Assembly (NCBI RefSeq): GCF_018350175.1
Contig: NC_058368.1
Coordinates: forward strand, 39,434,001-39,498,000
From: Felis catus
Taxonomy: Eukaryota
Length of the DNA: 64,000 nt
Direction: 5' to 3'
A model generated the notes under the pieces. It ran no database searches, was not told the origin of the DNA, and saw nothing but the letters and a program-made list of their open reading frames with translations. The position numbers were made by a program, and so were the translations under genes. Positions 49,695-62,359 of the stretch are shown in pieces (the first letter of the stretch is position 1; the number at the start of each line of letters is the position of its first letter).

Positions 49695-52060
49695 GTATTC
49701 CCCCAAAAGAATAGCTTGAGACTGTCTTAGCTGCATGAATTTGCTTTGTGGGGTGAAACAAAATGAAGGAATATGGAAATGGAACAGGTAGGGTGAGGTA
49801 CTGGTGGAGAAAATGTTAATAAATGTATGTTACAAAAGTCATTGTCATAGGGTCTCTGAGTTATGTGCAGAGCTCCTCCCTGATCCTTTCTTCCGAAGGA
49901 TGAAAGGCTAGAGCATATGTGCCTTTTCTCCCTTCTCCTATTATTTGAGTATAGTCCCTGGAGTTAACTTTCTCATTTCAGAGTAGGGCCTTCTTAAACT
50001 GAGCAGCATCTTGGACTTCAGAGGGGAGCTTTGAGGCAGAAAACATTCAATCCATTGTATTAGTGCTTTAGGTATCGCTTGTCAGTATGCACCAAGCTCT
50101 TTTCCACATTGATGGATGAAATCAGAAGTGGTCCAAGAGGATGGAAAAGTTGTACCAAATCATTTGCTGGAGTTCATCTCCAGCTTTCTGTACATGGTCT
50201 CATGACCCATACTAAATCCACACTGTTATTCATTTTTCCAGTTTTGCCTAGCTGCAATTTCAAATACAGATAATATCAAAATCTAGATGAATAAGTTAGT
50301 CCTACTTATGCTGTTGTTCCTGAAACTGTAATTGATATTCATCATTTTTCCTTCACCCACCCAGTCTAGATTTCCCTCATTATCAGCCATCCAAATCTGA
50401 ATTGGTGGTGAAAGAAGAAATAAAAACAATTAATGCCTCAAGATGAGCTGCAGAAGTAGAAACTGTAGCTCATTCCAACCTAGTTTTCTTGGCTAGCCTA
50501 CTGTAGTCATAAGGTTAAAGGAATGAGCTGAAGGATAGATTTAAGTAACAAAGGTGAGTTACAAAGGGGTCTGGGCTAGTCACTGAAATCACTTAAATGT
50601 TTTGCCCTTGAATCTTGGCTTCAATTCCAAATGCATCATTTTTTTTTAATGTTTATTTTTGAAAGAGAGACAGGGATAAAGCATGAGTGGGGAGGGGCAA
50701 AGAGAGAAGGAGACACAGAATCTGAAGCAGGCTCCAGGCTCTGAGCTGTTAGCACAGCGCCTGACATGGGGCTCAAAGCCACGAACCGAGAGATCATGAC
50801 CTGAGTTGAAGTCGAACATTTAACTGACTGAGACACCCAGGCGCCCCGCAAAGGCATCATTTCCGTGGTACAATGGTTTGCTACAATGATTGCTTGATAA
50901 TTATGATTCGATGGATCAGAAAATACATGCATAGCTCATTTTTGCTAGTTCCATCCTTTGAGGTCCAATGAGAAGGTATTGTCTCTATTACAAACTTAGG
51001 AGATCTTTTACAAGAATTAGGTTCTTCTCCATTGTAAAAGGCATGGCTTTGTTCTAAACCCTTAGTGATTGGTGTTTTCTATTTGGTTTTTCAGAAACTC
51101 CATCCATTGTACTCATATCCACAAAGCAAAGATACTTATCCACCATCTCTCATCTCTCTTTTACTAAATGTTCCTTCAGAGACATTTAACTCTTCTCCCA
51201 TTCAGGGTTGTAGCTATGTATGTTGAACAAGTTCCTGTATAAGTTTGGAAAAAAGCCCTGAGACAGAAAACAGACTCACTTCTCTGTCCAAGTCAGTGTG
51301 CACTGAGCAGTCAACTGTAGCTATGTAGCCAAAATCAGAGGGAAGCCATAAAGATGTCATGTAGGCACCAAAGCTTCCCAAAATTTGTAACAGAAATCTA
51401 TATATTTTTCTCATTTTTAAAGGTTTTCAATGAACTGCATAAAATTGTTTCCAATGTTGTAAAATGTTTAGCCTCTTCTCAATTGAAATTCACTTATTAA
51501 ATATTTTGGATATATTTTGTTGATCTCTTAGCCTTTTTTTTCCTTGGAATTCATGACAAATATATTTTACTCCTTGGAATCTTGATATCAATATTGAAGA
51601 AGTAAAAATGGAATTTCTCACTTCTTATGGGGCATTCTATGTAAAGGTATATCAGCAGAACAAAAAATTGCTCACCAAATTACGTATAAGCCGGTCCTTC
51701 TAAGAGTGAGGGATAAAACTGGCAGCATCTTTATTCCTATCTCAAACTGTGGGCCAGGGGTATTTTAATTAATTCTTTAATCTTTTACTTACCTAGCTTA
51801 GGAAATCTGTGTCAGGTATTTATTCCTTAATTTAACCCTTAACATAGAACTCCTAACTGGAGCAGTTGGCATTTGTGACTTCAAGTGGTAAGAAGGAAAG
51901 GAAGAATTCAAAGTACAAAACTTATATTCATCAAAGCTCAACTCAGTCAGTGTGGGCACCCAACTTGATAAAGAAGGGTCAAAGTGGGTCGTTTTTTATC
52001 ATTACATGGATAATTTCTTTTTCTATGTATGGGTGAGCTTAAAATGTTAATATCATATTG
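49695..52060 (-). mobile_element. Old ERVL-class LTR (~49695-50171) with adjoining degenerate internal sequence
   Basis: LTR16/33-like cccaaaagaatagcttgagac; minus-strand junction gagatgaac|tccagcaaatg resembles PPT|LTR start; tctagatttccctcattatcagcc is ERVL-internal-like; right boundary uncertain. Confidence 0.5.
50642..50847 (-). mobile_element. Can-SINE
   Basis: TSD caaatgcatcattt / caaaggcatcattt. Confidence 0.95.
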
Positions 52061-52069
52061 GACTTTGAG

Positions 52070-52615
52070 GTAGAATTCTGAGTTTTTCCACACTGCATCC
52101 ATTTTCTAGTAGATAACTCGCACTTCCTCCATTTTCAGCCTATGTAGTTTGGCTGAGGTAACTCTCACACCTCCCTCCAGGAGGTGACTATAATCTGATC
52201 AATGAGAATACAACAATCACTTTCAATGAGTAGTTCTGCTCAACATGAAGTTATCTTTGCTAACATTATCAGGGAGAACATGATCCTATCATTTACTTTG
52301 CTAAACAATAGGATATACACAGGAAGTAGCACTTATCTTTGGAACTATGTATAGGTCTCAGGCATGAAGAATCCACCTCAGGTTAAAGTCAACACATCAG
52401 ACACAGAACAACTGAAAAATGAGATCTATGATAATGAAATGGTTGGAATCCTGGATTCATTTATACCTAATCTACATCAGTATTTTTTAGTTAAGTGAGT
52501 CAATGAATCCTCTCCCACACCCTAGTTTTTTTTCGGTTTTGTTTTTGTTTTTTTATTGGTTTTGGTTTTGTTTTGCTTTAAGTCAATTTGAGGTGGAATT
52601 CTCTTCTTTAACCTG
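52070..52615 (+). mobile_element. Old MaLR LTR (MLT1K/L-like)
   Basis: gaatcctggattcatttatacct...ttagttaagtgagtcaatgaatcct...gctttaagtcaatttgaggtggaattct. Confidence 0.55.
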
Positions 52616-53636
52616 ATAAATCATCCCTTCCCCCTACTGTAAAGTAAAGCTTTGTGGTAGATAATTGTCTTTCTATTCTCTGGAATTTGGTCTAGTCTTG
52701 TTTGTAGTAAGACAAAGGATGAGAGGCGCTTGTCCTTTTAAATTAAAAAAAAAACACACAAAAAACCTACAGATTTCATAGTACAGACATCAAGTAAGAA
52801 CATGATAGGTAATAAGTATAGCCAGTACTCAAATGTATGTTTATTTCATCAAATCTACTTTGATGTAAGTATATCAAATTTAGTGCACTTAACTATTAAT
52901 TTACTAAATGGTACCTGAGTCACCTGAATTAATGGAGTATGAAAATGTACATTACTTATTCTATTTTATGAAGTGGAAAAAATCTGGGTCATTAAGTGCC
53001 TAAACATTCATGATGAGGTGATATCCATCATATGTGAATATAAAAATTTTTAAGTACATAGATTTTTTTCAGTTGCTTAAACATCCATTTTTTCAGCAAT
53101 TAAAATGTCTACAGATACATATTTTTAGTTTTCTAATGCTCTTCTAGCCAAAGGCAAGGGATGGCAATGGCGTATTAATAGCTCTTCCCTAAAAGCTCTT
53201 GGAAACCTGGCAAAAGTGGCAAATTGTGTGTATTCTTTCCGAAAGAGCTTTGTTAATATTTCAAAAGTAGAGCATCAAACCTGTTACTTGGTAGCACAAG
53301 AGTCATCTGTATGCAAAAAGAAGACTTAGGACTTGCAGAGCTATTGACTGAGTTAATGACATCAAATCAGGGAGCCAAATCAACAAATGTTTTATAAGGA
53401 TGCACTATATGGAAATATTTGTTCCCGCTTGAGCATTGTGCAGCTACTGTATATTTTCTGAAAGAACCCCACACCATACAAGTTCACTCTAGAAAATTCC
53501 TCGGCATCCATCAAGTTTCAGTTCTATCATTTCATTCTTTTGCACAAGTAGCCAAATAAATTATTTATAGTGTGATATAGGACATGATGAAAGAAGTATG
53601 AAATACTAGGAACTCATCTGAGGACAATCATATCTA

Positions 53637-53736
53637 GGAGTGTCTGGCTGGCTCAGATGGTAGACCATGTGACCTTAACCTCATGGTTGTGAGGAGCCCA
53701 CTTAAAAAAATAAAATTAAAACTTAAAAAAAATAAA
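53637..53736 (+). mobile_element. Old short Can-SINE, partly deleted
   Basis: ctggctggctcagatggtagaccatgtgacc head; A-tail; tcatat(c/t)ta flanks. Confidence 0.8.
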
Positions 53737-53892
53737 GAGAGTCATATTTAAACTTAGTGGTGGTGGTAGTGGTGCGGGTGCTGGTTCTGGTGTCAGGGTG
53801 TGTGTATGTGTATGATCATATATTGCTTTATGGACAAAGTACTCTGAGGATTATCTAGCATTACTAGAATTTGATTTCTGTGAAGAGAGAAT

Positions 53893-53904
53893 TTCTTTCT
53901 TTCT

Positions 53905-53937
<33 letters not shown>

Positions 53938-53961
53938 TTTCTTCTTTCTTTCTTTCTTTCT
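53893..53961. repeat. (TTTC)n microsatellite
   Basis: Direct reading. Confidence 0.95.
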
Positions 53962-54444
53962 TTTAAGCTGTTGTATCATCCATCTAAATTTGTATCCTGG
54001 AACAAGACAGGTTACTCAAAAAATGTTGACTATATGAACCAATAAATTTTTAAAAGAAAAATACGTTATATTTGAGGTATACATAGGGTTATTTGGGTGA
54101 AAAGGGAGGATGCATATTTTAGAAAGGGTGAACGGAAACAAGCAAATATATTGTAATTTCTGCATGGAATTCTCAATAATGATTATGTCAGAATGTTTGC
54201 ATGTATGCATGGGTTTGTAGAAAGATACTGGCAAGGCAGGGTTTGGGAAGTGACATTTGATAAAGATGTAGAGGGGATTGACACTGATGAAGTACCTTTA
54301 ATTTATTTTGAGAAGCAATAATAAACCACCTGAGTGTCAACTAAACCCAATGAGTAGAAGAATAGCTTTGGATGTAGAAAATAAATTGGTTTAAAGGATT
54401 TATTTTGCTAGATTTATGATAAAGTAACTATTATGTATTTGTTT

Positions 54445-54867
54445 TAGAAAACTTTTTAAATTTTTAGTATGTAAATATTGTTAACAAATGATACATTTGT
54501 TTTGTGTTCACAGCATAATGATACAACAATTCTATACATTAGGCAATGTTCCCCAGGATAAATTTAGTTACCATCCATCACCATGCAACATTATTACAAT
54601 ATTACTGACTATATTCTTAATGGTGTACTTTTCATCCCTGTGACTTACTTATTTTATAATTGAAAGTTTGTACCTCTTAATCCCCTTCACCTATTTTGCC
54701 CATTACCTCAACCCCTTTTCCTTTGGCAACTACCAGTTTCTTCTCTGTATTGAAGAGTCTGTTTCTGTTTTGTTTTGTTAGATTCCGTATGCAAGGGAAA
54801 TCCCATGGTATTTGTCTTTGCTATTTCATTTAGCATAACACCTTCTAAGTCCATCCTTGTTGCCACA
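54445..54867 (-). mobile_element. L1 3' end (L1MA9/old carnivore-like)
   Basis: ttagttaccatccatcaccat...attacaatattactgactatattc...aagtttgtacctcttaatccccttcacctattttgccca. Confidence 0.8.
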
Positions 54868-56090
54868 AGGAGTGGAATTTCTAGGAGTGGAATTTGCAAG
54901 TCATGGTAACTCTATGTTGAACATTTTGAGAAGCTGCTAAACTGTTATCCAGAATGGCTGCACCATTTTACATTCCCACCAGCAGTGTATAAGAATTACA
55001 ATGACTCCACATCATGATCAACACTTTATTATCTATGTTTTTATTATGGACTTTTCAGTAGGGGTGAAGTGGTAACTCATTGTTTGCATTTACCTATTTT
55101 TTTATTTTTTAATTTCTTTTTAATGTTTATTTATTTATTTTGAGAGAGAAAGAGAGAGGGTGAGTGAGGGAAGGGCAAAGAGAGAAGGAGAGGGAGAATC
55201 CCAAGGAAGCTCCACACTCAGCACAGAGTCTGACATGGGGCTCAATCCCACCATGACCATGAGATCATGACTTGAGTGGAAATCAAGAGTCAGATGCTCA
55301 ACTGACCGAGCCACCCAGGTGCTACTCATTTCTCTATTAACTAATGATGTTGAGAGTATTTCCATATGTCTTCTTTGAAGATATGTTTACTCAAATCATG
55401 TTTCTAATTTTGAAATTATATTGTATTATTGAGTTGTAAGAGTTCTTAATACATTCTAGATACAAGTCCCTTATCAGATAAATGATTTGCAAATATTTTC
55501 TCACATTTTATGGATTAAATTTTCATTTTTTGATAGTGATCTATGAAGCTCAGTATGTTTTAGTTTTAATTAAGTCCAATTAATCAGTCTTCTCTTTTAT
55601 CACTTATACTTTTTGAATTGTAGCTAAGATATTGTTCAACACATGATCACCAGCATTGATTCCTCTGTTTTTTTCCTAAGATGTTTATGGATTAACAAAA
55701 TATTGTGTATTTATACAATGGAATATTATTAGGTGATAAAAAAAGAAATGAAATACTGATATATTCTACCATATAGATGAACCTTGAAAGCAATATGCTA
55801 AATTTAAAAAGCCAGACAAAAAAGGCCACATACTGAATAATTTCATTTATGTGACATGATCAGAATAGGAAATTTATAGAGATAGAAAGTATATTAGTGG
55901 TTGTTAATTAGTGGAGGTGGGGGGAAATGGGGAATGACTGATAAAGAGTTCAAAATTTCTTTTGGGGACTAAGAAAAGTTTCTAAAATTAATATGGTCAT
56001 GGTTGCACAACTCTGTAAATGTACTTAAAACCACTGAAATGTACACTTTAAATGAGTGGACTTTGATATAAATGATATGTCAAGTGGCTT
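54868..56090. mobile_element. L1MB-like element: antisense segment (~54868-55686) joined to sense 3' end (~55687-56090)
   Basis: ggctgcaccattttacattcccaccagcagtgtat (antisense ORF2 end); tacaatggaatattatt...gccagacaaaaaaggccacatact...ggttgcacaactctgtaaat (sense 3' end). Confidence 0.8.
55097..55323 (-). mobile_element. Can-SINE nested in L1MB
   Basis: T-rich tail, (GA)n, ...aactgaccgagccacccaggtgc; cattt duplicated at flanks. Confidence 0.92.
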
Positions 56091-58189
56091 ATAAACATTT
56101 TGCTTGGTAAAAATTCAAACGTTTCTAGTCTTAAAAATAAAATTCTTATAAAGCATAAGAATTCAAGAAAACAGAACTTTCAAAATCCAATTAGGTTTTA
56201 TCTTTTGGTATATTTTATCACCTCAGTTAATAAACATAATGGCAAAGATAATAAGTTTAAACATGATTGTCGTTAACTTGAGAGAATATTCCAAAGTACA
56301 TGTATTCATGTGAGCAGAATAAAGTATTAAATTGACCATTTAAGTGTCCATTTTTCCCCAACAAAGAGAATGTTACCACTGTAGGCCCTGTTCTTACTAC
56401 CAGTCTTGGTAGAAGGAACTTAATTCAGAGTGAGTCAAATTTATAAACTGGAGAAGAGGGATAGAAAACTACCTTTTTTTTCTTTACAAAGATAAGATTT
56501 ACACAAAATTTTGAAGCATATGCTTGAGAATTGAGGGATTTGCTAAGAACAGTTGGCAAATGAAAGGTTCTTTAGGGTGTGATATATGAGAAAATTGGGG
56601 GAAAAAAGAAATGGAGCTACGCAGAAGGATTGCTGTGGTTATGAATTAGATGTTTTTAATGTTCCTTGACAGATGTGAGTTAAGAATAGAATTCCTTTTT
56701 AATTATCCTTGCATGGCAAACTGTGTGTAATGTTCAGATTCTGAGCTCTGATGTTTGTCAATGCATTTTCTTTAAATAGTTAGGTATCTAGCAGATTACC
56801 AAGGAGGTGAAGAATAAACATTAATATCTTGTATTTCATAATGCTCTAACAATTCAAGCATCATCTCATATGTTAGCTATCCCTGGTTTCATCTTTTGAA
56901 TTTATCTGCAAAAACAAGAGAAGTTTATTCAAACAACATTTAAATTCATCCCTAATAACTTTCCACAAAGTTTTTTGGAGAATTAATCAACTGCAGTGGC
57001 TCTTGAATAAAATGCTCACAATATAATATTTTAAGCCACAGCTAGCCATTAACACTCTGAAAGATGAACTGCACACATGTTTCATGAAGATTTATATGAA
57101 GGGCTGATCTGAAAAATAAGAGATGCTGATAGAGAATTCACCTAGCTTCTAAATGAGGCAATACTTTCCCTGAATTTATTTATTACCAATGTATTTCAAT
57201 TGTGAGGGATGGTATAAGAACTTGGAGCCCACAAGCATCTGGATAGAAATATGAAGATGGCTTGACCTTGCCGATGATGAGTTATTCGCCACTGCTCTTG
57301 GGTATTATTCCATCTGCTGTAGGTAAACAGCATGATATTGCCAACAGGGGGAGCTACAGACAGAAGACAAATGAAGCCGATTTTGTTTAGGACTGTAATT
57401 TAGCTGAACTGACAATATATTATACCTTAATGGCCCCTCAGAGTGAATTTAATTGATGACCCAACTTAGATATTCTCTTAGAGTATCTTTGTATTGGATT
57501 GGATGCAAGCTGGGTGCTTAAGTTTGCTTTCCTGCTGTTAATAGAGTCACTGCCATCTGGAGAAGATATCAGCTAATATGTTACTGGAATTTTTTTCCAT
57601 TGTTGCTGCTTCTGTAAAGAACTCAAAAAACTGCTGATAAGCCAAGAAAAAAGGACAAAACTAATGCTTTTCTCAGTGAGATCTAAAAAGGTTTAGTAAA
57701 TAGACAAAGATCACTAACATTTTAAATGTAGTTTTAGTTTCATTTTCAGTCAGGTTAAGTGAAAATAAAGTTTGTATTGGATAATAAAATTAATGTTTTT
57801 AGTGTTGGAACTGTTATTGACTTGTGTACACAAACACCAAATAATAATCCAGAAAAAAATTATAATAAGGAAAGTAGAACTGAGTAATCTTGCTTGATAG
57901 CATAATTTTAAAAAGTAATGGCAGATAAAAAGAATTATTCTTACAATTAAGAGTAGTTATAAAATCATTGGTAATCCTTAATTATCAGAAACCTAATTCT
58001 AATAATCTTGTTTCTGAAACAAAGAGGAGTGGAAACAAAAGTTAGGACTAATCGGTTTTATCTATTTATGCATATACTAGAGAGCTTGGGCATTCCACAC
58101 TGTGACAGTATACAACAATACTAATTAAAAATGTGGTGCAGTTCCCCACGTCAGGTTTACTACACCTCAGGTGTTTTTCTGATGTGACA

Positions 58190-58400
58190 TTCATTCGTTT
58201 ATTTATTCACTAAGTGTTGATTAAGCGTATTCTATGTGTCAAGTATTAAATTATGTGCAAGAAACATAATGACTCAGAAATGTCCTCTGCCTTCAAAGTG
58301 CATATATAACTTAGTAGGAAGAGACAGTTATTTAAATATATGACAGCAGTAAGATTATAGATGCTAAGGTAGAAACATGCATAATATATACAGGACATAA
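58190..58400 (-). mobile_element. L2 3' end
   Basis: cattcattcgtttatttattcactaagtgttgattaagcgtattctatgtgtcaag...tcctctgccttcaaag. Confidence 0.7.
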
Positions 58401-58851
58401 AGGAAGCAGTTGTAGTGCTTATTTGTCGATTGTGTTCTGTCTAGAACCTATACTATAAGAGACGTATTAGGCACGTATCACTTTGAGACTCTGTGATTGT
58501 TTAGAATATGAAAAGGTCATGCCCTTAAGGAATTCACACATTAATGGAATCACAATATCTTAGCACACTTCCAAGTCCTTGGTGATCATCTCCTTTTTGA
58601 ATAGTCCTCTAATGTCTTAAAGTCAATATGTATCAGACTAAATTTGTCTTCCTTCCTATTTTCCTACACTTGCGTTCCTATCATTTTTCTACTCTCCAAA
58701 ACACAGAGATTCAGGGTTATTTTCTTCTTCTCAATTACTAATCTTGTGCATCTATTGACATGCTCTTCTATATCTGTTATCACTGTGTAGCACAGGACTT
58801 TTGTCATACTACGTAAACTCAACATCTTTAGTGTTTTTCCTTTCCCATTCC

Positions 58852-59358
58852 AATATAATATATATATTATATATATTATATATATTATATAATATATACA
58901 TACATTATATATATACATACATACATACATACATTACATACATACATTACATTACATACATACATATATATACATACATACATTATATATATACATATAT
59001 ATACATATATACATATATATACGTATATATGTATATATATGTATATATATACACATATATATTATATATATATACATATATATACATATATATACATACA
59101 TATACATATATATACATATATATACATATATATTATATGTATGTATATATATGTATATATAATATATATACATATATATTATATATATGTATATATGTAT
59201 ATATATTATATATATACACATATATTATACATATATATATACATACATACATATATACATATATATACGTATATATAATATATATACGTATATATATAAT
59301 ATATATACATATATACATATATATACGTATATATATGTGTATATATAATATATATATA
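58852..59358. repeat. ~500-bp degenerate (TA)n/(TACA)n/(TATG)n tract
   Basis: Direct reading; source of the spurious 228-aa Y/I-rich ORF. Confidence 0.97.
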
Positions 59359-59556
59359 ATGTTTATTTTTGGAGAAAGAGAGAGCATGAGTGCGAGCAGA
59401 GGAAGGACAGAGAGAAAGGGAGACAGAGAATCCCAAGCAGTCTCCACAGTGTCAGCACAGAGTTCGATGCAGGGCTCAATCCCATAACCCTGAGATCATG
59501 GCCTGAGCTGAACTCAAGAGTCCAATGCTTAACCGACTGAGCCACGCAGGCACCCC
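59359..59556 (-). mobile_element. Can-SINE whose tail runs into the TA tract
   Basis: atgtttatttttggagaaagag...ttaaccgactgagccacgcaggcacccc. Confidence 0.93.
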
Positions 59557-59801
59557 TGCAATTTAAATTAAATTCAGCTCTAAATGAATTATTAGAAACA
59601 TGGTTCTAAGCTTACTTTTGTTTTCTTTTGATTTCAAATAATGTTAATGGTTTCCCTACACATTTAGAAAAAAATCCTGGCCTGCTTTTTAAAATACTCC
59701 ATGCTCAAGTGAAAGAAGGGAAGTATGATGAATAGCTCCCTGGCTGGCTTGTAGAACAAGATGAAAGATGGTGTCCTGTTTGTATGAGGGGCTATTGGAA
59801 A

Positions 59802-59843
59802 AAACCAAACCAAACAAACAAACAAACAAACAAACAAAAAACA
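59802..59843. repeat. (AAAC)n microsatellite
   Basis: Direct reading. Confidence 0.9.
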
Positions 59844-61463
59844 ACTAAGTTGTATTGGAAGACCATGAGTTCATTTGCTTGGCTGAATCTGAAGAGTTTT
59901 TATGGCCATGTATCCCAGCTCTCCCTAAACATGATCATCACATAGGAAGCTTTTGAAAATACCTCTAAATGTTCTGATTTAATCTTTTTCTTTATGGGAT
60001 AGATATATCATGTCAATAATTTTTAGAAGCCCATTAATGATGTAATTCAATGTAGATAGCCAGATGTTGTATAAATGTAAACTCTCATGCATATTGCTTA
60101 AGCATCAAAATCTAATAAAATAGTATTAGAATATTAAATATGTAAAATGAGAATATGAAAAATTTATGATAATGAAGAACCCTTTTTTTCTAGTAAGAAA
60201 CCATAGTATTAGCCAAGAATTTCATCAATATGTTGCTTTTTTTTCTCCCTGAAGAATTTAAGTATTAGTTTTTCAAAATATTTTCCTCCATTGGTAATGT
60301 TGAAATTCAGATTTAGTTCACATAAGTTTCTTTCTAAGCGTGGAAATGTCTTTTCTCTTCTGGAATTGATGTTTTCCGTTTAACTCCCAAATCTTGTTTT
60401 CTTATATTTTTCTCATTCTTTATTTTATTTCATTATTAATACTTTCAGTCATGTAAAAATATTTCTTATGGTCTTATCCTTTCCTATGTTGTTATTAGTA
60501 AATTCACTAATAAGCTATTGCTTTCATAACTGAATTTTACATCAGGTATAGCTTTTGGAAATGTTTCATTTTACTCTGACTTTTTAATATAGTCTACATT
60601 AAAAGAACATCATAGCGTTTGCTGTTAATCATAGTTAAAAAAATTCCTTCTACAACACTTAATGAAATAAATTTAATACTTTAAAAAAATAAATAAAAAA
60701 TAAAAATAAAATACTCCATGCTCATACTCTTTATCTAGCCTGCTTTCCCAATATGTGTCTCATTACTTCCTGGTATTTTTCAATATTCCATTTAAAGAGA
60801 ATTATATGGTATTTCCTCTACCTATCTGGCAATTTCCTGATTCTCTGCTTTTTTCTCTTGTCATTCATTCTGCAGGATATTTCTCCATAATCCCAATTCT
60901 CCTTGTTACATCAAAAATGCTTTTACATCTATGAGACTTTCCTCATTTCCTTATAAATTCATAAGATTTTAGGGGCACCTGTAACAAAAAAGTGATTATT
61001 TGAGGTTTCTATGGTATAATACAAAAAGCATTAGATTTAGAGTTAGATCTTGAGGTTCGACTAATGTGAACCTACCACTGTTACTATTGCTTTTGTGAAT
61101 TAGCCAAATCCCATACTGTCAGTCATCGCAGAAGTAATAATAGCTATTAATAATAGTGATTATACTATCATTAATATGTGATAATAAAATAAAATAATTG
61201 CTAACACAAATTGAAATATGTTAAATATAAATGGGAGATAGTTAAACCCTAGGTTTTAATTTTTGGTTCTCATCTTCTATATGAAAAGATAATTCTTTAG
61301 GGTTCATTTTCTATTACCATTGGGTCTACATGAGTTACTGTAGCTTTAAAGTAAGAGTAAAGGAAAATGTGAATAACTGGTCTTTATATTTAATAGGCAC
61401 TTCAATAAGTGACTGAATGAATAAATGAACTTCAGTAAGAGATACTATATCTCTCCTAGATAG

Positions 61464-61534
61464 CATTAGGTTGCATATAAAAGTCACTAACATTAGGTTG
61501 TATATAAAGTCATTAGGTTGTATATAAAAAGTCA
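61464..61534. repeat. Three copies of a ~20-27-bp unit
   Basis: cattaggttg(c/t)atataaa(a)gt at 61464, 61491 and 61511. Confidence 0.9.
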
Positions 61535-61815
61535 TACATTATATATGTAGTAATTTTTTAAAAAAAAGAGAATAAAATTTGGCAGTTAATAGCATGCTCA
61601 AAATCATCACTGGTGAGTTTTAATTTTTTCAAAAAGAAAAGAAGAAGAACTTGGGCTGGGTTGAGAAGAGCAAAACCAGTTTTATGCTCTCGACACCTCT
61701 CCTAATTAAGATGAAATATGCTAAATGAAAAAGACATGCTTGAAAAGGGAAATAAACAAAATTACAGAGTGATAGGCTATTTTTATTTTTTAATTTTTTA
61801 AATATTTATTTATTT

Positions 61816-62037
61816 ATTTATTTTAATTTTTTTTCAACATTTATTTATTTTTGGGACAGAGAGAGACAGAGCATGAACGGGGGAGGGACAGACAGAGAGG
61901 GAGACACAGAACCGGAAGCAGGCTCCAGGCTCTGAGCCATCAGCCCAGAGCCTGACGCGGGGCTCAAACTCACGGTCTGTGAGATCTTGACCTGAGCCGA
62001 AGTCGGACGCTTAACGGACTGAGCCACCCAGGCGCCC
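61816..62037 (-). mobile_element. Young Can-SINE inserted in the tail of another SINE
   Basis: TSD-like aaatatttatttattt / aaatgtttatttattt. Confidence 0.93.
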
Positions 62038-62237
62038 AAATGTTTATTTATTTTTGAGAGAGGGAGAGAGTGCGCGCGAGCAGGGGAGGGGCAGAGAGAG
62101 AGACACAGAATCCGAAGCAGGCTTCAGGCTCTGAGCTGACAGCACAGAGCTGGGTACGGGGCTTGAACCCATTAACTGCAAGATCATGACCTGAGCTGAA
62201 GTTGGATGCTTAATGGAGTGAGCCACCCAGGCACTCC
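62038..62237 (-). mobile_element. Can-SINE (host; rest of tail at ~61786-61815)
   Basis: Outer TSD-like gctattttta (61776-61785, 62243-62252). Confidence 0.92.
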
Positions 62238-62266
62238 AGGAAGCTATTTTTAAAAAGGCCACAGGT

Positions 62267-62359
62267 GGGGGTACTTGGCTGGCTCAGTTGGTAGACCATG
62301 CAACTCTTGATTATGAGTTTGAGCCCCATACTGACAGTAGAGTTTACTTAAAAAAAAAG
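62267..62359 (+). mobile_element. Old short Can-SINE
   Basis: ggggtacttggctggctcagttggtagaccatgcaactcttgat; TSD aaaaaggccacaggt / aaaaaggcaataggt. Confidence 0.88.

Noticed and set aside
58801..59487. 228-aa ORF and overlapping Y/I-rich ORFs
   Set aside because: Translation of the TA/TACA tract plus SINE sequence; not a gene.
61464..61534. CRISPR-like short direct repeats (also 33537-33598 and 28445-28627)
   Set aside because: No unique constant-length spacers, no cas genes, mammalian context.
1617..62262. Remaining 60-130-aa ORFs in the track
   Set aside because: They overlap SINEs (MAQSVK.../SLEPASDSVS peptides), microsatellites or old repeats, or have random AT-rich composition. Only the L1 ORF1/ORF2 pieces show recognisable homology.
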